A stretch of 63,590 bases of DNA from Snowella sp. SOY_38_metabat_116 (GCA_031396835.1 JANNLO010000100.1:1-63590); one strand, 5' to 3'. Shown: positions 20,226 to 31,136, numbered from the stretch's first letter. The notes: generated from the letters alone by a model not told the origin. Translations and numbers: made by a program.

Positions 20226-21473
20226 TCAAAAAGCAGAATGAGCCAGCACCGAATGACTAGTTAAAACTTGAACTGCCGCTTGATACTGCAAATCTACTTC
20301 CGTACCAATTTGTTGATAACTAATCGGCCCTTGGGCAACAACTTTATCAGGAGCAATCCCCAATTTATGAATATCTTTATGATTTGGCGTTTCGTATTTT
20401 GCCACTGTAACCGCCAAACCTGAACCATCAGACAGTTCAAAAAGAGATTGAATTAAACCCTTGCCAAAGGTTTTTTCTCCTACCAAAAGCGCACGTCCAT
20501 TATCTTGCAAAGCTCCTGCTAAAATTTCACTGGCACTGGCCGTTCCTGGATTGACTAAAACCGCTAAAGGTGCATCAGTCAAAGCCGCCCCCATCGCCGC
20601 AAAACTGTCTTGGATTCCCTGACGATTAACCGTATAAACAACAGTTCCCTTGGGCAACCAAAGCCGCGCAATTTCAATTCCTGCTTGGAGTAAACCGCCA
20701 GGATTATTACGAAGATCGAGAATATAGGAGTTCGCGCCTTCTTTTTGCAGCTTTTTAATCGCTTGAGCCACTTCTTGGGTTGCATTAGCACTAAATTGAC
20801 TTAAACGAATATAACCGATCGCAGATTTACTATTTTCTTGATCCAAATTGGCAAAAACAGGACTCAAGGAAATGCGATCGCGGATTAAGTTAACTTGACG
20901 AATATTCAACTCATTTTGGTCGTTTGCTTGAATAGTTAGCGAAACTGTTGTTCCTTTAGGGCCACGCATTCTGGCCGCCGCTTCATCTAAACTCAAACTT
21001 TTTGTATCAATTGCATCAATCTCTAAAATGCGATCGCGAGTTTTAATTCCCGCCGCCTCAGCAGGAGAACCCGCCAACGGTGCAATCACTTCTAAATTAC
21101 CAGTCTCTGGATTCAGATTAATTTGTAAACCAACGCCTGAAAGTGCGCCAGAGGTACTCACTTGTAAATTTCGATACTGTTCAGGACGCAAAAAACGAGT
21201 GAAAGGTTCATCAAGAGTTGCTAACATTCCTTCAATGGCAGTATAGGCTTCTTCTCGATTATGAAACGGTTTTTCGAGCGATCGCTGACGAATTAACCAC
21301 CAATTTTGATCATTAAAAGTATCGTCTAAATAGGACTGATTGACCAACCGCCAAGATTGCAAAACTAATTTTTGATCTTCCGTAAAAGCATTGGCATCGG
21401 GCATCCCGCCAAAATAGGCGATAAATAATAACAAACTCGTCAGCAATGTCACCCAAAATTTGCGTTGTTTCAT
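20226..21473 (-). CDS. carboxyl-terminal processing protease (peptidase S41A)
   Basis: Signal peptide, PDZ segment, and LRNNPGG, TASASEI, GEKTFGKG motifs. Confidence 0.85.
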   Translation of the reverse strand: MKQRKFWVTLLTSLLLFIAYFGGMPDANAFTEDQKLVLQSWRLVNQSYLDDTFNDQNWWLIRQRSLEKPFHNREEAYTAIEGMLATLDEPFTRFLRPEQYRNLQVSTSGALSGVGLQINLNPETGNLEVIAPLAGSPAEAAGIKTRDRILEIDAIDTKSLSLDEAAARMRGPKGTTVSLTIQANDQNELNIRQVNLIRDRISLSPVFANLDQENSKSAIGYIRLSQFSANATQEVAQAIKKLQKEGANSYILDLRNNPGGLLQAGIEIARLWLPKGTVVYTVNRQGIQDSFAAMGAALTDAPLAVLVNPGTASASEILAGALQDNGRALLVGEKTFGKGLIQSLFELSDGSGLAVTVAKYETPNHKDIHKLGIAPDKVVAQGPISYQQIGTEVDLQYQAAVQVLTSHSVLAHSAF

Positions 21474-21546
21474 ATCGGTAACTAATTAATCAATAATTTT
21501 AAGATTCTTAAACATTCTTAACAGTATAACCAAGCTTGATCCCAGG

Positions 21547-21741
21547 CATTGGTGTCAACTTAAGGCAAAAGCCTTATTAAATAAGGATCGTAGGATGAGT
21601 TACGCGGTGCTAACCCATCACAAATTAACGGTGAATCAAGGTTTCTGGCTCTGAGTATTCACAAATAAGTCCCAGTGAGATACCTCAAAGTAGTTTCAAA
21701 GCCTTAATTGGCAAGAGTTTCGCGTTAAGTTGACACCAATG
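21547..21741. mobile_element. MITE-like element with 17-bp perfect terminal inverted repeats
   Basis: CATTGGTGTCAACTTAA at 21547..21563 and its exact reverse complement TTAAGTTGACACCAATG at 21725..21741. 195 bp, non-coding, with internal short hairpins. Confidence 0.5.
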
Positions 21742-21909
21742 AGCTGCAATTCGCCCCTACAGAAGGTTTTTAGAGAATCGTAGGGGAGCAACGCTTGCGC
21801 CCAAAAGTAGCAAATTTAACAACCGACACCCTTGAGCCAAGAGAGCTACCTTATCGTGGACAATGATGATAATATGAAAGAATAATGAAAAAATTATGAA
21901 AAGCTTTTT

Positions 21910-23229
21910 ATGCTTCATACTTCATCCGTCCAACCAAGTTTGCCAGAAGTTCATCGCAGTATCCCCATTCCCGAAGGAAAAAGTTTTTGGCGTAAACTCT
22001 TAGCCTATGCGGGGCCTGGTTATTTAGTCTCAGTTGGATATATTGATCCAGGCAATTGGGCAACAGGAATTGCGGCAGGCTCTAAGTTTGGCTACACATT
22101 ACTTAGTATTGTTTTGCTGTCGAATTTGATGGCTGTGCTATTACAATCTCTTTGTGTGCGTTTGGGCGTTGCAACTGGTCGAGATTTGGCCCAAGCTTGC
22201 CGAGATTATTTTCCCCGTCGCGTTACTTTTATTCTGTGGATTCTCTGCGAAATTGCGATTATTGCCTGTGATTTAGCCGAACTTTTGGGAAGCGCGATCG
22301 CTCTACAACTTTTATTTGGATTACCCTTAGCAATTGGAGTAATTTTGACTGCGTTGGATGTGATGTTGTTATTATTTTTACAAGGCAAAGGATTTCGTTA
22401 TATAGAGGCATTAATAATTACTTTAGTCAGTACCGTTGGAATTTGCTTTGCCGCCCAAATTTTCTTTGCTAAGCCTGATATATCGGCAATTTTGACAGGC
22501 TATCTACCCAATCGAGAAATTTTGGCAAACGGAGAAATGCTTTATTTGGCGATCGGAATTTTAGGGGCGACAGTAATGCCTCATAATCTATATTTACATT
22601 CTTCTATTGTGCAGACTCGCGCTTGGCAACCCAATCTCAAACAACGTTGGGAGGCGATTAAATTTGGCACAATTGATTCTACGATCGCTCTATCTTTTGC
22701 ACTGTTTATTAATTCTGCGATTCTAATTATTGCGGCTTCGGTTTTTTATGGCAATGGTTATCATGAGATCGCTGAACTTCAGGATGCTTATCAATTGCTT
22801 TCTCCCGTTGTTGGTGTAAAAGTTGCATCTCTTCTCTTTGCGATCGCGCTTTTAGCTGCTGGACAAAGTTCAACTTTAACGGCCACTTTGGCAGGTCAAG
22901 TGGTGATGGAAGGCTTTTTAGAAATTCGTATTCCTTCTTGGTTACGCCGTTTAATAACCCGTTTATTGGCGATTATTCCTGCTTTAATTGTCATTCTGAT
23001 TTTTGGCGAAGGCAGTACCAGCAGAATGCTAGTTTTCAGTCAAGTCGTCTTGAGTTTACAGTTGCCTTTTGCCGTAATTCCGTTGATTATTTTTACCAGC
23101 GATCGCAAATTAATGAGCAGTTTTGTGAATCCTTATTGGTTAAAAATTATTGCTTGGGCGATCGCGTTTACTATTGTTAGCTTAAATCTTTGGTTACTCT
23201 GTCAAATGGGGATCAGTTTTTGGCTTTGA
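21910..23229 (+). CDS. mntH: Nramp-family divalent metal (Mn2+/Fe2+) transporter
   Basis: GPGYLVSVGYIDPGNWATGI and ATVMPHNLYLHS signature motifs. 439 aa, polytopic. Confidence 0.85.
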   Translation: MLHTSSVQPSLPEVHRSIPIPEGKSFWRKLLAYAGPGYLVSVGYIDPGNWATGIAAGSKFGYTLLSIVLLSNLMAVLLQSLCVRLGVATGRDLAQACRDYFPRRVTFILWILCEIAIIACDLAELLGSAIALQLLFGLPLAIGVILTALDVMLLLFLQGKGFRYIEALIITLVSTVGICFAAQIFFAKPDISAILTGYLPNREILANGEMLYLAIGILGATVMPHNLYLHSSIVQTRAWQPNLKQRWEAIKFGTIDSTIALSFALFINSAILIIAASVFYGNGYHEIAELQDAYQLLSPVVGVKVASLLFAIALLAAGQSSTLTATLAGQVVMEGFLEIRIPSWLRRLITRLLAIIPALIVILIFGEGSTSRMLVFSQVVLSLQLPFAVIPLIIFTSDRKLMSSFVNPYWLKIIAWAIAFTIVSLNLWLLCQMGISFWL

Positions 23230-23386
23230 GTTTAGAGTATTATTTTAAAGGCTAGAAATATTGTCAACACACTTTCTTAAAAGGAATTCTTAACACGAAA
23301 ATAACTGTAGTTGTCGTTGTTTAATAATCAAGTTTATAATTATCTTGGTAAAAAGAAAGCTCTTGCTGTTCATTTACTTTTTGCAA

Positions 23387-23458
23387 GGGGGGTTAACTCA
23401 GTGGTAGAGTGGTACCTTCACACGGTATAAGTCATGGGTTCGAGTCCCATATCCCCCA
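23387..23458 (+). tRNA. tRNA-Val (anticodon CAC)
   Basis: Hand-folded cloverleaf. Acceptor GGGGGGT/ATCCCCC, D arm ACTC-AGTGGTA-GAGT, anticodon arm GTACC-TTCACAC-GGTAT, T arm ATGGG-TTCGAGT-CCCAT, discriminator A. CCA is not encoded. Confidence 0.85.
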
Positions 23459-23546
23459 TCAATCACACAAATAATTAATCACCGATTACGCTCTTGAGTC
23501 CCGCTTCAATTTCTGAATTTTTTTTTAGAGTAAGGTTTTAAAATTA

Positions 23547-23945
23547 TTAAGATAAAGCAAAATATCGTTCAATTAAAAGAATGGCAACAATATCATCTAT
23601 CGGACGGGGAGGCACTCGTAATCCTTGAGGCAATAAACGAGTTAATCCTTGGGCGGGATACATTTGCCAATAGCGATCGCGTGCTTCAACAGAACTATTG
23701 CGTTCGTCAATCATTGTAATTGTAATTGTTTTGGGTAGAGCTTTTTCGAATTCAGTTTTCCATTGTTTGGCAGTAGTTTGATTACCCATTATTAACTGTT
23801 CAATGGGAAATTTTTGACACAATAATTCTAGTTTTTTCATAACTTCATCTGCTCTAATAACTTGATGATAATGTAAGTGTTGATTATTTTCCATAATGGC
23901 CACACCACATTTATCACGACCTGGATCAAATCCTAAAAAAAACAT
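23547..23945 (-). CDS. YqgF/RuvX-like RNase H-fold nuclease (putative Holliday junction resolvase / pre-16S processing)
   Basis: N-terminal FLGFDPGRDKCGVAI and DERNSSVEAR motifs parallel the YqgF family motifs. 132 aa. Confidence 0.6.
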   Translation of the reverse strand: MFFLGFDPGRDKCGVAIMENNQHLHYHQVIRADEVMKKLELLCQKFPIEQLIMGNQTTAKQWKTEFEKALPKTITITMIDERNSSVEARDRYWQMYPAQGLTRLLPQGLRVPPRPIDDIVAILLIERYFALS

Positions 23946-23983
23946 TTATTTTTTCCTAATTTTACTAAAGTTTTATTGAGATT

Positions 23984-25477
23984 TTAAGTACCAGAAATAA
24001 CTTGACCATTTTTAAGAGCAATTAAGCGTAATTTTAACGGGCCAACTGTATAGGTATCTGTCGTTGCAACAGCTCGTATTTCATCAGGACGACTTTCGGT
24101 ATTACTAACATTTTCAATAAATTTAATTAACGTTTTAATTCGTCCATCTTCTACTTGAATTCCTCCTAAAATTCCTTCTCGACGAGCGCGAAATTGGGCG
24201 GCTGATAAAATCAGATCTAATCTTTTTTGAAGATCTTCTTCACTAGAATTGGAAACATCCATTGAAATAGTAGCAATGGTTTCATCGGCGGCAAAAATGA
24301 GTTTATTCGGAGCAACATCAGCGAATACCCGAATATCAGTTTCTCCTTGCACATAATTTCCTGCTGAAATAATTCTCACCACATAATCTTCTCCACTTTG
24401 TAATTGATTGCTGAGTTGTTCAACTTGTGCTTTGGTAATTTTAACTAAAGGTGTAGCAGGAATGGGTGAATTAGGCGGTAAAATTGCTTGAATAGCTACT
24501 TTATTTGCCTGTCTTAATAATTCATCAACCGCATCATTAACCGCTTCGGGATTGACTATTCTTAAGGCCGCAAATGCGATAACTTGTCCGCGTAGAAGGG
24601 CAATTTTACGTTCTCTTAAATCTTGATAATTTTGATAATATTGCTCTAAAATTTGAACTTCTCGATTCAAATATCCCAATTGATTTTCTAGATCTTTAAG
24701 TTTACTTTCTCTAACTTTGAGATTTTGATCTTTAAGCGCGATCGCCTGATCCAAATCACCAATTTTACTATCTCTTAAATTAATTTCAGCTTGTAATTTT
24801 TGTCGTTGAGATTCAAGAGATTGAAAGCGTTTCTCTAAAAGTTGTAAACGTTCTTGACGTTGAGCCAAAATTGTATCTTGAGCAGCAATCTTTTCCTGGC
24901 GTTTATTGAGTTCTTCATCTCTAAGTTTAACTTGAGTTTGAAGTGTGGCTGTTTCCTTTGTCAAAATTAATCTTTGTTGGGTTAAATGTTCCCGTTCTTT
25001 AATGAGAATAGTGACATCAGCTTGGAGATTTTTAGACTCTTTAGAAGCTTGCTTTAATTTTGCTAAAGTTTGGTTATAGTTGGCATTAACTTGTTTACTT
25101 CTTTTTTGAATAATCTCCTGTTGCATTTTGGCAACTTTTTCTTGAGTTTTAGCCACCTTAAGTTTTTTTTCAATCTCTATTTTTTCATTAGCAACTTTTT
25201 CTAAATCAGCCTGAGCCACTCTCAATTGTTTAAGAATATCATCTAGTTTAAAAATACCTTCCCGTAAAGATTTACTAAAAGTAAATAAAACCGTTAAAGT
25301 TGAAGCCGCAATCAAAGTTCCTGTAAGTACGGTTAAAACTACTGCGGTTTGTCGGGGGCGCAAGTTGAAAATTCGGAGTTTGGCTTTTCCGACCTTACTT
25401 CCCAAGCGATCGCCTAAAGCCGCGATTAACCCGCCAAAGATTAACACGACTAGAATCAGGATATAGGCACTAGTCAT
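23984..25477 (-). CDS. membrane-anchored coiled-coil protein (DUF3084-like)
   Basis: N-terminal TM helices, about 230 aa of heptad-rich K/E/Q/L sequence, and a C-terminal globular part. This is the arrangement conserved next to ntcA in cyanobacteria, as I recall. Confidence 0.6.
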   Translation of the reverse strand: MTSAYILILVVLIFGGLIAALGDRLGSKVGKAKLRIFNLRPRQTAVVLTVLTGTLIAASTLTVLFTFSKSLREGIFKLDDILKQLRVAQADLEKVANEKIEIEKKLKVAKTQEKVAKMQQEIIQKRSKQVNANYNQTLAKLKQASKESKNLQADVTILIKEREHLTQQRLILTKETATLQTQVKLRDEELNKRQEKIAAQDTILAQRQERLQLLEKRFQSLESQRQKLQAEINLRDSKIGDLDQAIALKDQNLKVRESKLKDLENQLGYLNREVQILEQYYQNYQDLRERKIALLRGQVIAFAALRIVNPEAVNDAVDELLRQANKVAIQAILPPNSPIPATPLVKITKAQVEQLSNQLQSGEDYVVRIISAGNYVQGETDIRVFADVAPNKLIFAADETIATISMDVSNSSEEDLQKRLDLILSAAQFRARREGILGGIQVEDGRIKTLIKFIENVSNTESRPDEIRAVATTDTYTVGPLKLRLIALKNGQVISGT

Positions 25478-25486
25478 ATTTCAGGT

Positions 25487-26176
25487 TTAGTTAAATTGTT
25501 GACTAAGGGCGATGGGATTGTGAACGGTAATTTTTTTCTTATAAATAGAAATCATACCGCCTTCTCTCAAGTCTCCTAATAGCCGCGTTACCGTTACTCT
25601 AGTCGATCCAATTGCTTCGGCGATCGCTTGATGAGAAAGTTTTAAATCAACCCGAATTCCTTCTGGCGTGGGAACTCCAAAATCTCGGCAGAGAATCAAC
25701 AAAAAACTGACTAAACGCGATCCCATATCTCGATGAGCTAGGGTTTCAATCATCATTTCCGTTTGCAAAATCCGCGAAGAAAGACCCTGCAACATCAACA
25801 TTGCCAAATCAGGATGTTCCTTGAGAGCCTGTTCAACTTGTTCAATCGGAGCCGACAATAATTCAACAGGAGTGAAAGCCACCGCATGATAAAAACGATC
25901 AGAACGTTGTCCTGTAATCAGTGATAAGACACCAAAAACACTATTTTCTCGCAATAAAGCTACCGTTATTTCTTCACCCGCTTCATAAACACGAGAAAGT
26001 TTTACAGCTCCTTTAAGCAAAAAATAAACTCTTTCGGCTGGATCACCAGGAAAAAAAATAGTCTTACTCCGATCAAAATTTTCGACAACAGGAGGAAAAG
26101 CACTGTTTCCTAGACGGCGGAACACAGCAGTTAAGGGCTGATCTTGAGTGAGCGACTGATCCATTAAATTGTTCAA
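25487..26176 (-). CDS. ntcA: global nitrogen regulator NtcA (CRP/FNR family)
   Basis: [49 protein letters not shown] and the HTH segment [25 protein letters not shown] are near-identical to known NtcA. Confidence 0.9.
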   Translation of the reverse strand: MNNLMDQSLTQDQPLTAVFRRLGNSAFPPVVENFDRSKTIFFPGDPAERVYFLLKGAVKLSRVYEAGEEITVALLRENSVFGVLSLITGQRSDRFYHAVAFTPVELLSAPIEQVEQALKEHPDLAMLMLQGLSSRILQTEMMIETLAHRDMGSRLVSFLLILCRDFGVPTPEGIRVDLKLSHQAIAEAIGSTRVTVTRLLGDLREGGMISIYKKKITVHNPIALSQQFN

Positions 26177-26300
26177 TAGGAAAGAAGATTTTTTATTTCT
26201 GTATCACAATTATACACAAAGTCGATTTTGTATCCAATGTTTCTTAATCTTCTGTATTTTTATAAAACTGATTTTGGCGTTACTGAATTTCTGAGAAGTT

Positions 26301-27488
26301 ATGAGAAAAAAGACTAGACACCAGCGCGAAAATAACGTCATTATTAAGTCTAAGTGCAAATTTAAAATAAATTTTTTCCCCAGTTATGAAGTTATGAGTG
26401 TTATTCAGCTATTAGAGATGCAAAACTCCTATTCTGATTGGGTTTCCTTTAATCTCAATGGAGTTGCTGATCCTTCAGAAAAGAGCTTTTCCCTATCGTT
26501 GATTTTGAACTGCCAAGAACAGTGGCGATCGCATTTTGGGGGTCGGGTTAAGTTGGGATTGAAAACAGGAATGTTTAAACTGAAGCTTAATTCAGGTGAA
26601 TTTTTGGCCCAAGCCGCTCCAGAAAATTGCTTAACTTGTTTGAATACTCAAGAATTTTGTTGGCAAATTTTTCCCGCTCAAGGGCAAAGTCTGCTGGATT
26701 ATAATAATCAAGAAATTTTTCTCGGTAAACTCACTCTCAAAAAGCAAACCTGTAATCTAAAAACCACTTTTGAAATCATTCCCGCCGATCTTTCTATTAC
26801 AGATGCAGAAGGCTTGTGGCGATATGATCTCAGCCCCAATAAACACGGGATTTTAGAGCGCGTCTTGGCTCGGTTTTTTGTTCAACATTATTTTACACCT
26901 CAAGTTATGGCTGCACAATTTGCGATCGCCGATTCTATTATTGCGCCTGAACCAATTCTGGTAAAATCGCCCGAACCCAGTCTCGATCTTTTAACAAATC
27001 TTCAGAATTTAATTGAGCAAATCTATCAAGCAGATCTTCAAGACTTAACTGAGTTAGCCAAAATCGCCGACTTAAATCTCAAAATTGATTTGGCAGGCGG
27101 AAATTTTCTGGGAGCCATTTTAAATGGTGTTGAATTAAGTGGCGCGAATCTATCTCGTTCAAATTTTCGGGGCGCGATTTTGACCGATGCCGATCTTAGT
27201 GAAGCAAATCTGAGTGATGTCAATTTTCGGGGTGCCGATCTCAGTGGAGCCTATTTAGAAAGTGCCAATTTACGCAACGCAGATTTTCAGAAAAGTAGTT
27301 TAGCCTTAGCGACGCTGATTAGCACCGATTTAAGTCACGCAAACTTACAAGATACAACTGTAACTAACGCTAATTTTAGTGGTGCCAATGTTTCTCAAGC
27401 TCTATTTGGCAATAATCCTGGCATGACCAACGCGATGAAAGAAAGTTTACAAGCACGAGGTGCAAACTTTATCCGCGATCGCGACTAA
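26301..27488 (+). CDS. pentapeptide-repeat protein with unknown N-terminal domain
   Basis: The C-terminal ~130 aa are A(D/N)LSx repeats (ANLSRSNFRGAILTDADLSEANLSDVNFRGADLSGA...). The true start may be an internal Met (for example 26394). Confidence 0.8.
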   Translation: MRKKTRHQRENNVIIKSKCKFKINFFPSYEVMSVIQLLEMQNSYSDWVSFNLNGVADPSEKSFSLSLILNCQEQWRSHFGGRVKLGLKTGMFKLKLNSGEFLAQAAPENCLTCLNTQEFCWQIFPAQGQSLLDYNNQEIFLGKLTLKKQTCNLKTTFEIIPADLSITDAEGLWRYDLSPNKHGILERVLARFFVQHYFTPQVMAAQFAIADSIIAPEPILVKSPEPSLDLLTNLQNLIEQIYQADLQDLTELAKIADLNLKIDLAGGNFLGAILNGVELSGANLSRSNFRGAILTDADLSEANLSDVNFRGADLSGAYLESANLRNADFQKSSLALATLISTDLSHANLQDTTVTNANFSGANVSQALFGNNPGMTNAMKESLQARGANFIRDRD

Positions 27489-27514
27489 AAAGTGTTATCC
27501 TAATTATTGTTTGT

Positions 27515-27587
27515 GGACACGTAGCTCAGTGGATAGAGCATCAGGTTCCGGTCCTGAGGGTCGGGGGTTCGAATCCCTCCGTGTTCG
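27515..27587 (+). tRNA. tRNA-Arg (anticodon CCG)
   Basis: Hand-folded cloverleaf. Acceptor GGACACG/CGTGTTC (one G-U), D arm GCTC-AGTGGATA-GAGC, anticodon arm TCAGG-TTCCGGT-CCTGA, T arm GGGGG-TTCGAAT-CCCTC, discriminator G. Confidence 0.85.
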
Positions 27588-27607
27588 TTGAAATTTAGGG
27601 GTTAGTT

Positions 27608-28426
27608 TTGGATATTCGATTATTAGTCCTGGATGTTGATGGTACGATTGCTGGAAGTTCTAATACCGTGCGTGAACCGATCAAAATAGCAATTCAAGCG
27701 GCTCAATCCCAGGGAATTCAAATTGCCCTAGCGACAGGAAGAATGTATCATTCCGCTTTGCCTTATTATCACAGCATCGGTTCGGATCTCCCTCTTATTG
27801 CCTACAATGGAGCATTCACAAAAGATCCCCAAACCCAAAAAACCTATCAAGAATTATCAGTTTCTCCGCCCATTGCCCTGAGTCTTCTAGATTATTTTGA
27901 AACTCCCGATTTAAGAACCAGATTGGATGTTCATTGTTATCATAATGATCAACTTTATGTTAGAGAAATTACTCCAGAAACCGAGCAATATATGGCCCGT
28001 TCGGGAGCCAAACCTGTTATTGCACAAGACCTACGTTCAATTGCTCGACTTTCTAGTCATAAACTTTTAGTTATTACCCAAGAAGCTGAATTAATTGAAG
28101 AATTAAAATCTTATCTCGGCGATCACTACACAAAAGATGAAATTTATATTACCCAATCTACCGAAATTTATCTGGAATTAACTCATCCCCAAGCCAATAA
28201 AGGCTTAGCTGTTCGTTATCTAGCAGAAGAAATTTTAGGCTTAAGTTCTCATCAAGTGATGGCCATTGGTGATAATTTTAATGATCTGGAAATGTTGCGT
28301 TATGCTCAAATTGGTGTGGCAATGGGAAACGCACCTCAAGCTGTTCAAGAAATAGCAGATTGGGTAACCGTTGATGTGGAAGAAGATGGAGTTGCGATCG
28401 CGATTCAAAAGTTTTTGTTACCTTAA
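27608..28426 (+). CDS. Cof-type HAD-IIB hydrolase
   Basis: LLVLDVDGT motif I, LATGR, and GDNFNDLEM motif IV. TTG start. Confidence 0.8.
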   Translation: MDIRLLVLDVDGTIAGSSNTVREPIKIAIQAAQSQGIQIALATGRMYHSALPYYHSIGSDLPLIAYNGAFTKDPQTQKTYQELSVSPPIALSLLDYFETPDLRTRLDVHCYHNDQLYVREITPETEQYMARSGAKPVIAQDLRSIARLSSHKLLVITQEAELIEELKSYLGDHYTKDEIYITQSTEIYLELTHPQANKGLAVRYLAEEILGLSSHQVMAIGDNFNDLEMLRYAQIGVAMGNAPQAVQEIADWVTVDVEEDGVAIAIQKFLLP

Positions 28427-28536
28427 AAAAATATTAATAATTTCTTCAATCTCAAAAAGCTACATTATTGCCCCTTTCAGTCTTCAGACCATGATATTAT
28501 CCTGTTATCTCCGCCAATTGAGCCAACTCATTCCCT

Positions 28537-30657
28537 ATGCCAGATTCAACTAAAACGCTTTGTCCTTATTGTGGTGTGGGGTGTGGGTTAGAGGTTTCCC
28601 CAACGGTTAATCAATCTTGGAAGGTGACGGGCGATCGCGTTCATCCGTCTAGTTTGGGCATGGTGTGCGTCAAGGGTGCGACGGTGGTTGAATCTTTAGA
28701 AAAAGATCGTTTGCGCTATCCCTTATTTCGGAAAAAATTATCAGATCCCTTTGAACAAATTAGTTGGGAAGAAGCTCTTACAAAAATTGTAGAACGTATT
28801 CAAACAGTTCAACAAAACCAAGGAGTTGATGCTATTTGTATGTATGGGTCAGGGCAACTGCAAACAGAAGATTATTATATTGCTCAAAAATTACTTAAAG
28901 GTTGTTTAGGAACTAATAATTTTGATACTAATTCCCGATTATGTATGTCTTCGGCTGTTGCAGCTTATTTTCGGAATTTTGGTTCCGATGGCCCGCCTTG
29001 TTGTTATGAAGATTTAGATCTAACTGACTGCGCTTTTTTGATTGGAACCAATACAGCCGAATGTCATCCTATTGTTTTCAATCGTTTACAAAAACATCTT
29101 AAAAGTGACCCAAATAGTAAATTAATTGTCGTTGATCCCCGTCGAACTAAGACAGCAGAAGTTGCAGATTTACATCTCGCGATCGCGCCAGGAACTGATA
29201 TTGATTTGCTTAATGGTTTAGCTCATTTATTATTAAGTTGGGGAAAATTAGATCAGGATTTTATTGAAAAACATACCCAAAATTTTACTAAATACAAAGA
29301 AGTTATTGCCTATTATTCTCCCGAAGTTGTCACCTCAAAATGTGGCATTTCTCTGGAAGATTTGGAAACCGCTGCGAGATATTGGGCAGAATCGAACCGA
29401 ACTCTTTCGCTCTGGTCGATGGGCTTAAATCAGTCTTCGGAAGGAACTGCCAAAATTTGTTCTTTAATTAATTTGCATCTGATGACAGGACAAATTGGTA
29501 AACCAGGCATGGGCCCATTTTCCCTGACAGGTCAACCGAATGCGATGGGCGGGCGAGAAGCAGGAGGACTTTGTAATTTATTACCAGGTTATCGGCAAAT
29601 CAATAATCCTCAACATCGCGCTGAAATAGAACAAGCTTGGGGCGTGCCATCGGGTCGTATTAATCCTGTTGCGGGAAAAGATGCCTGGAGTATGATTATC
29701 GGTTTGGAACAAGAAGAGGTGGGCTTATTTTGGATTGCTGCCACCAATCCCGCCGTTAGTCTACCTGATTTGGAACGGGTGAAAAAAGCTTTAGCAAAAT
29801 CGCCCTTCACAATTTATCAAGATGCCTATTATCCCACGGAAACTAGCGCATTTGCCCATTTACTCTTGCCCGCAGCCCAGTGGAGTGAAAAAACGGGAAC
29901 AATGACTAATTCAGAAAGACGAGTCACTCTTTGTTCTCAGTTTCGCGATCGCCCAGGAGAAGCTAGAGCCGATTGGGAAATTTTTGCAGAAGTCGGTCGT
30001 CGTTTAGGTTTTAGTGATCAATTTCTGTTTAAGAATGCCGCCGAAGTTCATCAAGAATTTGTTAAGTTAACCCGCGATCGCGTTTGTGAAATGACAGGAA
30101 TTAGTCATGCTCGTTTATTAAAAGAAGGCCCGTTGCAATGGCCGAGTCCTGAAAATTTACCCGATGCAAAATCAGCAGATAATTCATCAAAACGACTTTA
30201 TACTGACCTAAAATTTCCAAATCCCGACGGACGCGCCAAATTTGTTCCTTTTCACACAAAAGGACTTGCCGAACCACCCGATGCTGATTATCCTTTTATT
30301 TTGACAACAGGAAGACTTTACGGACACTGGCACACCCAAACTCGCACGGGACGTATTGAAAAAATTGTCAAAATGCACCCCCAACCTTTTATTGAAATTC
30401 ATCCTAAAGATGCGGATTTTCTGCAAGTTATGGATGGGGAAAGTTTAGAAGTGCGATCGCGGAGAGGAACAGCCCGTTTTCCTGTGAAAATAACCACAGC
30501 CATTAAACACGGAACCGTTTTTGTACCCATGCATTGGGGATCGCTCTGGGCCGATAATGCCGAAGCCAATGCTCTTACCCATTCCCATGCTTGTCCTATT
30601 TCCCTTGAACCTGAATTAAAAGCTTGTGCGGTTCAATTAATCCGTGATCGCGCTTAA
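28537..30657 (+). CDS. narB: assimilatory (ferredoxin-dependent) nitrate reductase, molybdopterin oxidoreductase
   Basis: N-terminal [10 protein letters not shown] 4Fe-4S motif. MopB-type catalytic and C-terminal beta-barrel regions. 706 aa, the length and pattern of cyanobacterial NarB. Confidence 0.85.
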   Translation: MPDSTKTLCPYCGVGCGLEVSPTVNQSWKVTGDRVHPSSLGMVCVKGATVVESLEKDRLRYPLFRKKLSDPFEQISWEEALTKIVERIQTVQQNQGVDAICMYGSGQLQTEDYYIAQKLLKGCLGTNNFDTNSRLCMSSAVAAYFRNFGSDGPPCCYEDLDLTDCAFLIGTNTAECHPIVFNRLQKHLKSDPNSKLIVVDPRRTKTAEVADLHLAIAPGTDIDLLNGLAHLLLSWGKLDQDFIEKHTQNFTKYKEVIAYYSPEVVTSKCGISLEDLETAARYWAESNRTLSLWSMGLNQSSEGTAKICSLINLHLMTGQIGKPGMGPFSLTGQPNAMGGREAGGLCNLLPGYRQINNPQHRAEIEQAWGVPSGRINPVAGKDAWSMIIGLEQEEVGLFWIAATNPAVSLPDLERVKKALAKSPFTIYQDAYYPTETSAFAHLLLPAAQWSEKTGTMTNSERRVTLCSQFRDRPGEARADWEIFAEVGRRLGFSDQFLFKNAAEVHQEFVKLTRDRVCEMTGISHARLLKEGPLQWPSPENLPDAKSADNSSKRLYTDLKFPNPDGRAKFVPFHTKGLAEPPDADYPFILTTGRLYGHWHTQTRTGRIEKIVKMHPQPFIEIHPKDADFLQVMDGESLEVRSRRGTARFPVKITTAIKHGTVFVPMHWGSLWADNAEANALTHSHACPISLEPELKACAVQLIRDRA

Positions 30658-30683
30658 CCCTAATCGGTTCTATTTTGTATGTA

Positions 30684-31136
30684 TTAACCAGCAGCGAAAG
30701 CCGAACCTTCTAATGCAAAACCAGCATTATTCAAAACGGAACTGGTTTCAGAAGGGCCAGTAAATAAATATGTTCCTGGCGTACTCTTATTTTGGAATCG
30801 AGCAAAGTCAGTGGTTCCCACTCCGACTCCTGCTGAATAGGCATAAAAAGCTAATCCTTCTTCCTTAAAGTTTTTAAAGTTTGCACGAATAGAGGTCGCT
30901 TCTTGTTCTCCAGCAAACAAATACGTTCCTTCTCGGCCTTTAGCCGTATTCTTAAAACGATAGAACGGTTGCATTAATGGATCATCTTTGCTAACTGCAA
31001 CTTGAAAAGCAATTCCCTCCTCTTTGAAGCCTTTGTAACTTTTGCGAATAGAGGCGGCTTCTTGTTCTCCTACAAATAAATAGGTTCCAGATTTATCCAT
31101 ATTTTGGAAGCGAATAATAGGAGTCGTTAATTTATC
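30684..31136 (-). repeat. copy 1 of duplicated 3' gene module (about 450 nt, encodes the 150-aa triple repeat)
   Basis: Aligns by eye with 32017..32472 at roughly 85 percent nt identity. A 68-nt stretch at 30826..30893 is identical to 32162..32229. Confidence 0.85.

Noticed and set aside
21590-21603. Exact GTA-N8-TAC match upstream of mntH/ctp
   Set aside because: It lies inside the MITE-like element and no TAN3T -10 box is found at the expected about 22-nt distance. A 6-nt-specified pattern is expected many times by chance in 63 kb.
21742-21909. Manganese (yybP-ykoY) or other riboswitch in the mntH leader
   Set aside because: I could not recognise the conserved riboswitch core by eye, and that riboswitch class usually controls exporters rather than Nramp importers. 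An Infernal scan is needed to decide.
26200-26216. TGTA-N9-TACA palindrome upstream of ntcA as an NtcA autoregulatory box
   Set aside because: The spacer is 9 nt, not the canonical 8 (GTA 26201-26203, TAC 26213-26215). I cannot call it an NtcA site from sequence alone.
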